A DNA stretch of 64,000 nucleotides from Candidatus Methylomirabilota bacterium (lineage in GTDB: Bacteria; Methylomirabilota; Methylomirabilia; Rokubacteriales; CSP1-6): positions 2,402-66,401 of the forward strand of contig DASXSB010000014.1 in NCBI GenBank assembly GCA_036506275.1, read 5' to 3'. The position numbers and the translations under genes are program-made. The notes under the pieces were generated by a model that was given only the letters and a program-made list of their open reading frames with translations, made no database searches and was not told where the DNA came from. This document shows, piece by piece, positions 29,140 through 37,810 of the stretch. Positions within the stretch are counted from its first letter, which is position 1. Each line of letters opens with the position of its first letter.

Positions 29140-30438
29140 ATGAAGTCTAGCGTGATGATCCCCATCGCAAGCGTACTCGTCCTTTTCGTGGCGACGGTCG
29201 TCTGGGTATCGCGAGGCATGAGCGACGAGCCCACGCGGGCGCCGTTCGACCGCGTCATCGCCGCGAACGCGCGCGCGCAGCTCGAGGAAGGCCGGCAGAC
29301 GTTCCGCTTCGACACCTTCGGCGACGAAGACTTCTGGGGGGGCGTGCTCCGCTTGCACGAGGCCATCGCGACCGTCACTCCGCGCACCGCGCTCGCGGTG
29401 GGCCTGAAGGTCGACGTCGATGCGCTACCGCCCGATCTCGTCGATGCTTTCCGTGGACGGCGAATCAAGTTCGACGATCCCGCCAACACCCTCGCCCTTC
29501 TCAAGCTGAATGCCGTCATCGGTGTGACGGGATTCTTCGGCGCTGACGGCCGGCTCCGCTCGTTCGGAATCCAGTGCGCGCTCTGTCACTCCACCGTCGA
29601 CGACTCGTTCGCGCCCGGGATCGGCCACCGGCTGGACGGCTGGGCGAATCGGGATCTGAACGTGGGCGCCATCGTCGCCCTCGCCCCCAATCTCAAGCCC
29701 GTCGCCGATCTCCTCGGGGTCAGCGAGGCCACGCTGCGCGCAGTGCTGAATAGCTGGGGTCCCGGAAAGTTCGACGCGGGGGTCTTCATGGACGGCAAGG
29801 CGCTGCCGCCGAGCGGGGGACCGACGCTGATTCCGCCCGCGTTCGGCCTCGCCGGCGTCAACCTGCACACGTGGACGGGCTGGGGATCGGTCACGCACTG
29901 GAACGCGTTCGTCGCCAATCTCGAGATGCACGGCAAGGGTACCTTCTACGATCCCCGCTTGAACGATCCCGCGCAGTTCCCGATCGCGGCCGCGAACGGG
30001 TTCGGCAACGTGCGGACGGAGCCGGATCTGATCACACCGAAGCTGGCCGCGCTCCATCTCTACCAGCTCGCCATTCCCGCTCCGAGACCGCCGGCGGGGT
30101 CGTTCGACGTCGGCGCCGCCGCCCGCGGCGAGACGCTGTTCCGGGCCAAGGCCCAGTGCGCGACGTGCCACGTTCCACCGATCTTCACCGAGCCCGGCTG
30201 GAACATGCACCGCGGGGAAGAAATCGGCATCGACAACTTCCAGGCGGATCGTGCGCCCGATCGGCGCTACCGGACGTCGCCCCTCAAAGGTCTCTGGACT
30301 CATCAGAAGGGCGGGTTCTACCACGACGGGCGATTCCCGACCCTGCGCGACGTCGTCGATCACTACAACGCGGTGAAAAGCCTCGGGCTCACGGGCGATG
30401 AGGTGGCGGACGTCGTCGAGTATCTCAGGTCGCTGTGA
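29140..30438 (+). CDS. Membrane-anchored di-heme c-type cytochrome (peroxidase/MauG-like size class, family not identified)
   Basis: Start at ATG 29140 (RBS ggagga), N-terminal TM helix, and two CxxCH motifs (CALCH, CATCH). Confidence 0.8.
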   Translation: MKSSVMIPIASVLVLFVATVVWVSRGMSDEPTRAPFDRVIAANARAQLEEGRQTFRFDTFGDEDFWGGVLRLHEAIATVTPRTALAVGLKVDVDALPPDLVDAFRGRRIKFDDPANTLALLKLNAVIGVTGFFGADGRLRSFGIQCALCHSTVDDSFAPGIGHRLDGWANRDLNVGAIVALAPNLKPVADLLGVSEATLRAVLNSWGPGKFDAGVFMDGKALPPSGGPTLIPPAFGLAGVNLHTWTGWGSVTHWNAFVANLEMHGKGTFYDPRLNDPAQFPIAAANGFGNVRTEPDLITPKLAALHLYQLAIPAPRPPAGSFDVGAAARGETLFRAKAQCATCHVPPIFTEPGWNMHRGEEIGIDNFQADRAPDRRYRTSPLKGLWTHQKGGFYHDGRFPTLRDVVDHYNAVKSLGLTGDEVADVVEYLRSL

Positions 30439-31354
30439 GGGGCGCCTCGCGCACCACCGCGTCCGCGATCGTCACCTCGACGAGATCCTCGTACCGGTGC
30501 CGGCGCTCGATGAAGCCGCCGTCGAGGAGGATTTGCTGGAGGTACTCGTAGCCGTCGCGGCGGATGATCGGGTCGTGCGCCCAGGTGTTCTGCCGTCGAT
30601 AGCGGTCGACGACGCGCACGAGAATCTCGTGCTCGGTGTCGGGGAAGGCGGGAGCGATGGCGGCGGCCATCGCCGCCGCGTCGTGCTCGACGATCCACCG
30701 TTGCGTCCGATGGATGGCGCGCGTGAAGGCGCGGACGACGTCCGTATGGCGCCGAAGGAAGTCGGGCGTCGTCATGTAGGACGAAAACGGAACGGGGCCG
30801 GTGGCGTCGCCCATCGACACCACGACGTGAGCGACGCCCTCGGCGACCAGGCGCTCCACCACGGGCTGTCCCTGCTCCAGATAATCGCCGTGCCCTGCGC
30901 AAAAGGCCGCCACCGCCTCCGCCACCGGCCGCTCTCGCTCGATCGTCACCGCCGCGGGGTCGACGCCGGCGCGGCGCAGCACGGTCAGCATGCACTGCCA
31001 CGGCGTGGGCGCCTCCGCGAACGAGAGGACGGTCTTGCCGACGAGGTCCGTCCACGCAAAGCGCGGCGGCGGCCGGCGCGCGAGCAGGAAGAAGCCGTTG
31101 CGGCTGTTGACCTCGATGACGTGCGGAAGGAAAGGGCCGCCTCGGTCCGCGAGCTCCAGGCTGCGCATGATGCCGCCCAGGCAGATCTGAGCCTCGCCGT
31201 GGAGGAGGGCATCCACCGTGCCCCCGCTGCGAGGGGCGGTGCGCACGGTGACGTCGAGGCCCTCGTCCGTGAAGTGGCCCTGCGCCAGCGCCACGAACTG
31301 CGGCGCGTAGAACGGCGATCGGAACGGCTCCACCACGAGGACGGCGCGGCCCAT
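30425..31354 (-). CDS. NMT1/THI5-like (NitT/TauT-type) substrate-binding-fold protein without a signal peptide
   Basis: Only the 3' 930 nt of the 907-aa track ORF look coding (MGRAVLVVEPFRSPFYAPQFVALAQGHF..). The remainder is an Arg-rich shadow frame. Confidence 0.75.
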   Translation of the reverse strand: MGRAVLVVEPFRSPFYAPQFVALAQGHFTDEGLDVTVRTAPRSGGTVDALLHGEAQICLGGIMRSLELADRGGPFLPHVIEVNSRNGFFLLARRPPPRFAWTDLVGKTVLSFAEAPTPWQCMLTVLRRAGVDPAAVTIERERPVAEAVAAFCAGHGDYLEQGQPVVERLVAEGVAHVVVSMGDATGPVPFSSYMTTPDFLRRHTDVVRAFTRAIHRTQRWIVEHDAAAMAAAIAPAFPDTEHEILVRVVDRYRRQNTWAHDPIIRRDGYEYLQQILLDGGFIERRHRYEDLVEVTIADAVVREAPLTAT

Positions 31355-31371
31355 GAGGGCGCGAGTATACG

Positions 31372-32685
31372 TCAGCGCGTCTCCGCCTTCTCCTGATCCG
31401 CCACGCGCGTGCCGTCCTTGACGCCGTCGGGCGCGTTGATCACGAGCCGCTCCGCCCCCGTGAGGCCGGCCACCACTTCGACGGATTGCCCGAGATCGCG
31501 GCCCAGCTCCACCTTCCGGTAGTGCACGGTGTGATCGTCCCCCACGCTCAGGACCTGGGTTCCCGACGCGCGGGTGATGAGGGCGGTGGCGGGCACCAGC
31601 CACACGGCGTCGGCGGGGGCCACGCTGAACTTCACCTGCGCGTACATTCCCGGCAGGAGCGCGTGGTCCTCGTTGCGCAGTCGCACCTCGGTGAGCAACG
31701 TCCGCGACGTGGGATCGAGAGCGCCCGCCGTGCTCGCGATCTTCCCCACGAAGGTGCGCTGCGGGTATTCCGGCGCGAGGACGCGCGCCTCCTGCCCGGG
31801 CGCGATCGAGCGCACGAACGTCTGGGGAACGCTCACGAAGATGCGGAGGTTCTCGACGCGGGCGATCCGGAACAGCGGGCCGTTGGCGGTGGCGCTGCCG
31901 GCGGTGATGAGGGCACCGCGGTCGATGCCGCGGGCGGTGATGATTCCCGCGAACGGCGCTTCCACCTTCTGGAACGACTGGAGCGCCATGAGCCGCTGTA
32001 CGTTGGCCTCGTTGGCGGCTACGTTGGCGGCGGCGGCGCCGACGCTCGCCTCGAGGGCGCCGATGTTGGCCTGCATGGCGTCGACGTTGGCCTGGGCGGC
32101 GGCCGTCGCCGCCCGCGCGGAGGCGAAGCCGGCGCGCTTTTCGTCCGCATCCTGATGGGCAACGAGCTCTCGGCGCTCGAGCTCGGTGAAGCGAGTCGAG
32201 GTGGCGCCCGCGAATCCTTCGTTCGCTTTCGACTGCTCGAGCGTGGCCCGCGCCTGTTGCAGCGTGGCCCGCGCCTGCGTCAGGCCCGCCTGGCTCTGCG
32301 CGAGAGCGGCGCGCGTCTGGGCGAGAGCGGCCCGCGCCTGGCCGAGCTCCTGGTCGAGCTCCGGCGTATCGATCTGGGCGAGGACCTTGCCGGCGGGCAC
32401 GCGGTCGCCGATGTCGACGTAGCGCTCGCGCACGTAGCCGTTCGTGCGGGCGTAGATGGCGGTCTCCTCGATCGCCTGGATGCTGCTCGGGAGGACGAGG
32501 TCGGTGGGACCGTCGGCGCGACGCGGATGCACCACCGTCACCGACGGCAGTCCGGAGTCGGGCGCCGTCGCCGCCGCCACCAGCTCCGCGTCCTGTCGCA
32601 GGCGCGGGAGCACGCCGATGGCGAGCACGATCACGAGGAGCACCACGCCGAGGAGCGCGACCCACGTCTTTCGAAATCCACGCAT
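31372..32685 (-). CDS. Efflux RND transporter periplasmic adaptor subunit (HlyD/MFP family)
   Basis: Start at ATG 32685 (RBS aaggag). Membrane anchor, coiled-coil QELGQARAALAQ.., lipoyl and beta-barrel segments. Confidence 0.9.
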   Translation of the reverse strand: MRGFRKTWVALLGVVLLVIVLAIGVLPRLRQDAELVAAATAPDSGLPSVTVVHPRRADGPTDLVLPSSIQAIEETAIYARTNGYVRERYVDIGDRVPAGKVLAQIDTPELDQELGQARAALAQTRAALAQSQAGLTQARATLQQARATLEQSKANEGFAGATSTRFTELERRELVAHQDADEKRAGFASARAATAAAQANVDAMQANIGALEASVGAAAANVAANEANVQRLMALQSFQKVEAPFAGIITARGIDRGALITAGSATANGPLFRIARVENLRIFVSVPQTFVRSIAPGQEARVLAPEYPQRTFVGKIASTAGALDPTSRTLLTEVRLRNEDHALLPGMYAQVKFSVAPADAVWLVPATALITRASGTQVLSVGDDHTVHYRKVELGRDLGQSVEVVAGLTGAERLVINAPDGVKDGTRVADQEKAETR

Positions 32686-32703
32686 GACCAAGGCTCCTTG
32701 CCG

Positions 32704-35700
32704 TCAGCTCTCGCCGAGGAAGTCCTCGCGGGGAGGACGGCGGCGAAGCAGGCTGTAGACGACGGGCACCAGGAACAACGTCGCGAACGTCGCCACGGAA
32801 AGACCGCCGATGACGGCGCGACCGAGGGGCGCGTTCTGCTCTCCGCCTTCGCCGAGCCCGAGCGACATCGGGAGCATGCCGATGATCATGGCGAGGGCGG
32901 TCATCAGCACCGGACGCAAGCGCGTGGCGCCGGCGGCGAGGGCGGCCTCGCGAGCGTCGCCGCTCTCCCGCATCCGGCCGTTCGCGAAGGACACCATGAG
33001 GATGCTGTTGGCGGTGGCCACGCCCACGCTCATGATGGCGCCCATGAGGGCCGGCACGCTGAACGTGGTGTGCGTCACGAAGAGCATCCAGACGATGCCG
33101 CAGAAGCCGGCCGGCAGCGCCGTGATGATGATGAACGGATCGAGCCACGACTGGAAGTTCACGACCATGAGCAGGTAGACGAGCACGACCGCGAAGATGA
33201 GCCCCAGGCCGAGGCGGAGGAAGGCGGAGTTCATGCTTTCCACCTGACCTCGCACGGCGATGGTGTGGCCGGGCGGAAGCTCTCGCCGCGCATCGGCCAC
33301 GATGCGCTGGACGGCCGCCGCCACGCTGCCGAGGTCACGATCCTGGACGTTGGCGTAGATGTCGAAGACGGGTTGCACGTTGGAATGACTGATGACGGCG
33401 GGTGTCTCCCGCCGCTCCAGCGTGGCCAGGTTGCTGAGGAGCTGCTGGCGGCCGGCGGTGCTCTGGGTGATCGACGTGTTCATGAGGGTGTTGACGGAAT
33501 CGATCCGGTCCGGCGGCGTCTGCACGACCACCGGGTACGTGATCCCGGTGCGGGGATCGGACCAGTAATTCGGCGCCACCACCGCGCTCGAGCTCAGGGA
33601 GACGAGCACGTTGTTGGCGACGTCGCGCTGGGTGAGACCGAGTTCCGCCGCGCGCGAGCGGTCGACGTTCACGAGCAGCGAGGGCGTGTTGACGACCTGA
33701 TGCAGGTGCACGTCGACGGCGCCCGGGATCCGGGCCATGCGCGCCGCCACGTCGAGGGCCACGTCGTGCGTCGCCTTCTGGTTGTAGCCGGTGACCTGGA
33801 CGTCGATGGGGGCCGGTAGCCCGAAGTTCAGGATCTGGCTCACCATGTCGGCGGGCTGGAAGAAGAAGGTGACGCCCGGAAACTCGCGCGGGAGCCGCTC
33901 GCGGAGGATCTTCATCCACCGCGCCGTCGGCTGGTGACGTTCCGGGTTCAGGGAGACGAGGATCTCGCCGTCCGACGGCCCCAGCGTCACGCTGTCGGTG
34001 AAGCCGAGGTTCACCGGCTGCGGCTGCCCGATGTTGTCGAGCACGAGCGCGATTTCGTCCTTGGGGATGATGCGACGGATGGCACCCTCGACGTCGGCGA
34101 ACACCTGCTCCGTCTCCTCGATCCGGGTACCGGCGGGCGCCCGCACGTGCAGGCGGAACTGCCCGGTGTCCACCGTGGGAAAGAAGTCGCGTCCCACGAA
34201 CGGCAGGAGCCCGAGCCCGCTCGCGACGATCAGGCCGAAGACGAGGAAGACACGCGCGCGTCTGCCGAGAGCCGCTTCCAGGAGCGTGACGTAAGCGGCC
34301 CGTAGTCGCTCGAACCCCCGGTTGAAGGCGTCGTGAACGCGACCGAACACGCCCCTGGCCGTCGGCTCCGCCGTGTGTCCCCCCGCCTCGTACGCGAGGA
34401 GATAGCGGACGAGGGTGGGGATGATCGTCCGCGACAGGAGATACGAGGCCAGCATCGCGAACACGACGGCCATCCCGAGCGGCGTGAACAGGTACTTCGC
34501 GGGACCGACGAGAAACACCACCGGCACGAAGACGATGCAGATGGAGAGCGTCGAGACGAACGCCGGCGTCGCGATCTCAGCGGCGCCGTCGAGGATCGCC
34601 TGGACGAGTCGCTTACCGAGGCCGAGATTCCGGTGGATGTTCTCGATCTCCACGGTGGCGTCGTCGACGAGGATGCCCACGGCAAGGGCCAGGCCTCCGA
34701 GCGTCATCACGTTGAGCGTCTCGCCGAGTCCGCTCAGGATCGTCACCGACGTGAGGATCGAGAGCGGGATGGAGACGATCACGATGAGGGTGCTGCGCCA
34801 GCTCCCGAGGAAGAGCAGGATCATGAGGCCGGTGAGGGCGGCCGCGATCGCTCCCTCCGTCAGCACGCCCGCGATGGCCGCCCGCACGAAGAGCGACTGA
34901 TCGAAGAGCTCCTTGATCTCGAGTCCGGGGGGAGCGGCCGCCCGCAGCGTGGGCAGCAGCTCCTTGAGCTGCTTGACGATCGTCAGCGTGGAGGCGCCGC
35001 CCTTCTTGATGACGGTGAGGAGGGCCGACCGCCGGCCGTCGAGCCGCACCATGTTCGTCTGCACCGCGAAGCCGTCGCGGACGTGGGCGACGTCGCGCAC
35101 GTAGACGGTGGCGCCGTTGACCTGCTTCACGGGCAGGTCGTTGAGGGCGGCCAGCACGTCCGGGCTGCTGTTGAGGCTCACCCGGTACTCTCGCGGTCCC
35201 AGCTTCACGCTCCCCGAGGGCAGGGTCAGGTTCTGGAGGTTGACGGCGCCGCTCACGTCCGCCGCCGAGATCGTCTTCGCGAGAAGCGCCTGTGGATCGA
35301 GATCCACCATGACCTGTCGCGGCTTGCCGCCGTAGGGGAGCGGCAGCGTGATGCCCTGGATGGGCGCGATCTGCTGCCGGATGCGGTAGATGCCGTAATC
35401 GTAGAGCTCCGCCTCGGACAACGTCTTCCCGCCGAGGGCGAGCTGAATGATCGGCACGCTCGACGCGTTGTAGCGCACGATGAACGGCGGCACCGCCCCC
35501 GGCGGCATCACGCGCAGGATCGTCTGCGACACCGCCGTCACCTGGGCGAGAGCCGCTTCGATGTTCACGTTGGGCTGGAAATAGATCTTGATGACGCTCA
35601 CGCCGGGATAGGTCTGCGACTCGATCGTGCGTACGTCGCTCACCACGGACGAGATCGTGTACTCGGAGTAGGTGGTGATGCGGGATGCCATCTCCTCCGT

Positions 35701-35865
35701 GGAGAGGCCGCCGTAGTTCCAGATGACGGAGACGACGGGGATGTCGATCTCGGGGAAGATGTCGGTCGGGGTCGTCACGATCGCGAAGACGCCGAGCAGT
35801 ACGATCGCGAGGCCCATCACCACGAAGGTGTAGGGACGACGAAGCGCGAGCCGAACGATCCACAT
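32704..35865 (-). CDS. Efflux RND transporter permease (AcrB/HAE1-like), 1053 aa
   Basis: MWIVRLALRRPYTFVVMGLAIVLLG..DIFPEIDIPVVSV and a 12-TM architecture. No outer-membrane factor gene is adjacent. Confidence 0.95.
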   Translation of the reverse strand: MWIVRLALRRPYTFVVMGLAIVLLGVFAIVTTPTDIFPEIDIPVVSVIWNYGGLSTEEMASRITTYSEYTISSVVSDVRTIESQTYPGVSVIKIYFQPNVNIEAALAQVTAVSQTILRVMPPGAVPPFIVRYNASSVPIIQLALGGKTLSEAELYDYGIYRIRQQIAPIQGITLPLPYGGKPRQVMVDLDPQALLAKTISAADVSGAVNLQNLTLPSGSVKLGPREYRVSLNSSPDVLAALNDLPVKQVNGATVYVRDVAHVRDGFAVQTNMVRLDGRRSALLTVIKKGGASTLTIVKQLKELLPTLRAAAPPGLEIKELFDQSLFVRAAIAGVLTEGAIAAALTGLMILLFLGSWRSTLIVIVSIPLSILTSVTILSGLGETLNVMTLGGLALAVGILVDDATVEIENIHRNLGLGKRLVQAILDGAAEIATPAFVSTLSICIVFVPVVFLVGPAKYLFTPLGMAVVFAMLASYLLSRTIIPTLVRYLLAYEAGGHTAEPTARGVFGRVHDAFNRGFERLRAAYVTLLEAALGRRARVFLVFGLIVASGLGLLPFVGRDFFPTVDTGQFRLHVRAPAGTRIEETEQVFADVEGAIRRIIPKDEIALVLDNIGQPQPVNLGFTDSVTLGPSDGEILVSLNPERHQPTARWMKILRERLPREFPGVTFFFQPADMVSQILNFGLPAPIDVQVTGYNQKATHDVALDVAARMARIPGAVDVHLHQVVNTPSLLVNVDRSRAAELGLTQRDVANNVLVSLSSSAVVAPNYWSDPRTGITYPVVVQTPPDRIDSVNTLMNTSITQSTAGRQQLLSNLATLERRETPAVISHSNVQPVFDIYANVQDRDLGSVAAAVQRIVADARRELPPGHTIAVRGQVESMNSAFLRLGLGLIFAVVLVYLLMVVNFQSWLDPFIIITALPAGFCGIVWMLFVTHTTFSVPALMGAIMSVGVATANSILMVSFANGRMRESGDAREAALAAGATRLRPVLMTALAMIIGMLPMSLGLGEGGEQNAPLGRAVIGGLSVATFATLFLVPVVYSLLRRRPPREDFLGES

Positions 35866-36025
35866 GTCCTTGCACAGGTGATGCGGCTTCGGCAGGACGC
35901 GATTCGTGCTCGGGATTTCTTCCAGATTCGGGCGGAGTGCCCGATCCGGTTACGGCAACGTCGGGGCGAGCGCGCCCTCCATCACGGCCGGGCGCCGCCG
36001 GTCGCGAGGAGGGCGCGTGAGGCCG

Positions 36026-36982
36026 CTATCCGGTCGGGCGGAGCGCCCGCGCTCCTCCCGCGGCGTACCACGCGGACACGCCGCCGCGGATGTAGCGTGC
36101 GTCGAGCCCACGCTCCCGCAGCGTTCGCGTGACGTTGCAGCCGACGTGAAAGCCGTAGGCGCAGTAGACCGCGATGGGCTCGTCAGGCGACAGCTCTCCG
36201 ATCCACTCCTCCACGCGATCGGGATCGCGCCAGATCGCGCCCTCCATGAGGTCGACCGTCCTCGAAATGTGATGGCGCGGGCGGGCGTCCAGGAGTTGCA
36301 CCCGTTCGCCCTTGGCGAGCCGCGCCGACAGCTCCTCGATGGACAGCGACGGGAGGCTCTGGTCCGAGGGATCTTCCGACGGGAGCGCCCGGTCGGCGCG
36401 CGCCGCCGCGATCCGCTCCGTGACCGCCGCCCAGTTCACGTTACGCATGAAGGCGTCGATGTAGGCGGTGGCATTGGCGCCGAAATCCATGTGGTAAGCG
36501 TGCTCGTACATGTCGAGAGCGAGGACGGGAGCGGCGTCGATGGCCGCCTGTGAATGATCGAACGCGAGCTGGGTGCCGAGGCGCTTGGTTCTTCGGGAGT
36601 AGGTGAGCAGGGCCCAGCCGGAGCCACCCGCCAGCGATTGCGCGGTGCCCACGAACTCACGCCGCCACGCGGCCACGCTTCCGAAGTGCTCCTCGAGCGT
36701 GGCGCCGATGCCGGCGGCGATCTTGTTGCCCTCGCCACCCAGATTTCCGAAATACAGCTCGTGGAGCACGACGGAGTTCATGGCGATGAGCTCCTCGCGC
36801 TTGAGGCCACGGAGCCGGTAGCCGGGGGCGCCCGCGTCCAGTCCGGCCAGCTCGCGCCGGACCGCGTTCAGCGTGCGCACGGCGCCGCCGTAGTTGTTCT
36901 CGTAATGGCTGACGATGAGGCGCTCCGAGAGTCCATTCAGCGTCCACGGTCGCACGGGAATGGGGGTGATCTGCTCGTTCAT
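36026..36982 (-). CDS. Fe/Mn superoxide-dismutase-like domain fused to a C-terminal rhodanese domain
   Basis: Start at ATG 36982 (RBS aaggagagga). SOD signatures VSHYENNY, VLHELYF, LDMYEHAYHMDF. Rhodanese part LLDARP...IAVYCAYGFHVG..IRGGVSAW. Confidence 0.85.
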   Translation of the reverse strand: MNEQITPIPVRPWTLNGLSERLIVSHYENNYGGAVRTLNAVRRELAGLDAGAPGYRLRGLKREELIAMNSVVLHELYFGNLGGEGNKIAAGIGATLEEHFGSVAAWRREFVGTAQSLAGGSGWALLTYSRRTKRLGTQLAFDHSQAAIDAAPVLALDMYEHAYHMDFGANATAYIDAFMRNVNWAAVTERIAAARADRALPSEDPSDQSLPSLSIEELSARLAKGERVQLLDARPRHHISRTVDLMEGAIWRDPDRVEEWIGELSPDEPIAVYCAYGFHVGCNVTRTLRERGLDARYIRGGVSAWYAAGGARALRPTG

Positions 36983-37112
36983 GGCGTCTATCCTCTCCTT
37001 GTCGTGGGCCGTCCTCGATTGCGACGCGTTCTTTCGCGTCGTCACCGCCCTCCGGGCTCGTGACGGGCGCCGTTCCGCATCGCTTTCTCCTTCCGGCCTG
37101 GCCGACGACTTT

Positions 37113-37149
37113 GTTTCTGAATGAAACAATAGTTTCACCACGATGTCAA
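37113..37149 (-). promoter_or_regulatory. Promoter/operator module A: TTGACA-N6-TGAAAC-TATT-GTTTCA-TTCA-GAAAC, with -10 TTTCAT embedded in the palindrome
   Basis: Read on the minus strand from 37149 to 37113. -35 TTGACA (37149-37144), 17-nt spacer, -10 TTTCAT (37126-37121). 29 of 37 positions are identical to module B. It is an AT-rich island in GC-rich DNA. Confidence 0.6.
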
Positions 37150-37188
37150 GCCGTGATCTGCCGGGGGACGGCCCGGGCGCGGAGGCGC

Positions 37189-37784
37189 TCAGGGCGCGAG
37201 GCCGCGGACGATCAGATCGTCGAAGGCCGTCACGGAGTCGGCCTTCGTCCACAAGCCGACCCGCCCCGCGCGATAGCGCGCGTCGCGGTGATCGAGGCGC
37301 AGGGTGCCGTCGAGATAGCCCTGGATGTGATCCCCCACGGCGACGACCCGGATGGTGTGCCACTGACCGAGGTGCGGCGGCGTCACGCGCGCGCTGGCGA
37401 GCTGGCGCGGATGAGATAGTAGTGACCCTCCGCGAAGCGGAAGACGATTCCGCCCGAGGCATCCTCGCGTCCCGAGATCGGCTTGAAGCGAACGGTCACG
37501 TCGACGTCGCCGTAGGGCCCCGCCGGCGCCACGATCACGTCGTACGTCTTCGCCGTCTCGCGCTGGAGCAGCGCGCGCCGCCCGCTGGGGGCGCCGGCGA
37601 CCTCTTCGATGGTCCAGCGCCCGTCGACGATCTGCCAGCCCTGGAGATCACCGGTTTCGAAGTCGTAGGCGGTGGCGGCGGCGGTGGCGACGGCGCCGGC
37701 CGCCGCCCGCGCGGGCAGCGGTGGCAGCGCGCTCACGACGAAGACGAGCACGAGCACGAGACGGAACCAGGCGGCCTGCTTCAT
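37189..37784 (-). pseudogene. Frameshifted secreted LamG/DUF1080-like (3-keto-disaccharide-hydrolase-domain-like) gene
   Basis: Track ORFs 37383-37823 and 37189-37386 are the N- and C-halves of one domain (..GGIVFRFAEGHYYLIRA / ..HLGQWHTIRVVAVGDHIQGYLDG..GLWTKADSVTAFDDLIV). They are offset by one nucleotide. Signal peptide starts at ATG 37784 (RBS gggaggg). Confidence 0.7.
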
Positions 37785-37810
37785 GACAACCCTCCCGGGA
37801 GCGATTGGGC

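Noticed and set aside
28968-29150. 60-codon Lys/Arg-rich ORF (MKKPRMKLVGSRKNLG...) inside the AT-rich gap, overlapping the cytochrome start
   Set aside because: It uses AAA and other A/T-ending codons, which is atypical for this genome. It has no RBS or recognisable motif and overlaps the better-supported ATG 29140 gene. It is more likely non-coding regulatory DNA.
30425-33148. Chimeric over-long track ORFs (30425-33148, 9232-11862, 36026-37462, 48204-50738, 57441-60377, 23718-25316, 51682-53460, 39371-40996, 40207-42117)
   Set aside because: Only the part downstream of an internal start with an RBS and family motifs looks coding. The upstream extensions run through neighbouring genes in shadow frames. 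Starts were re-assigned accordingly.
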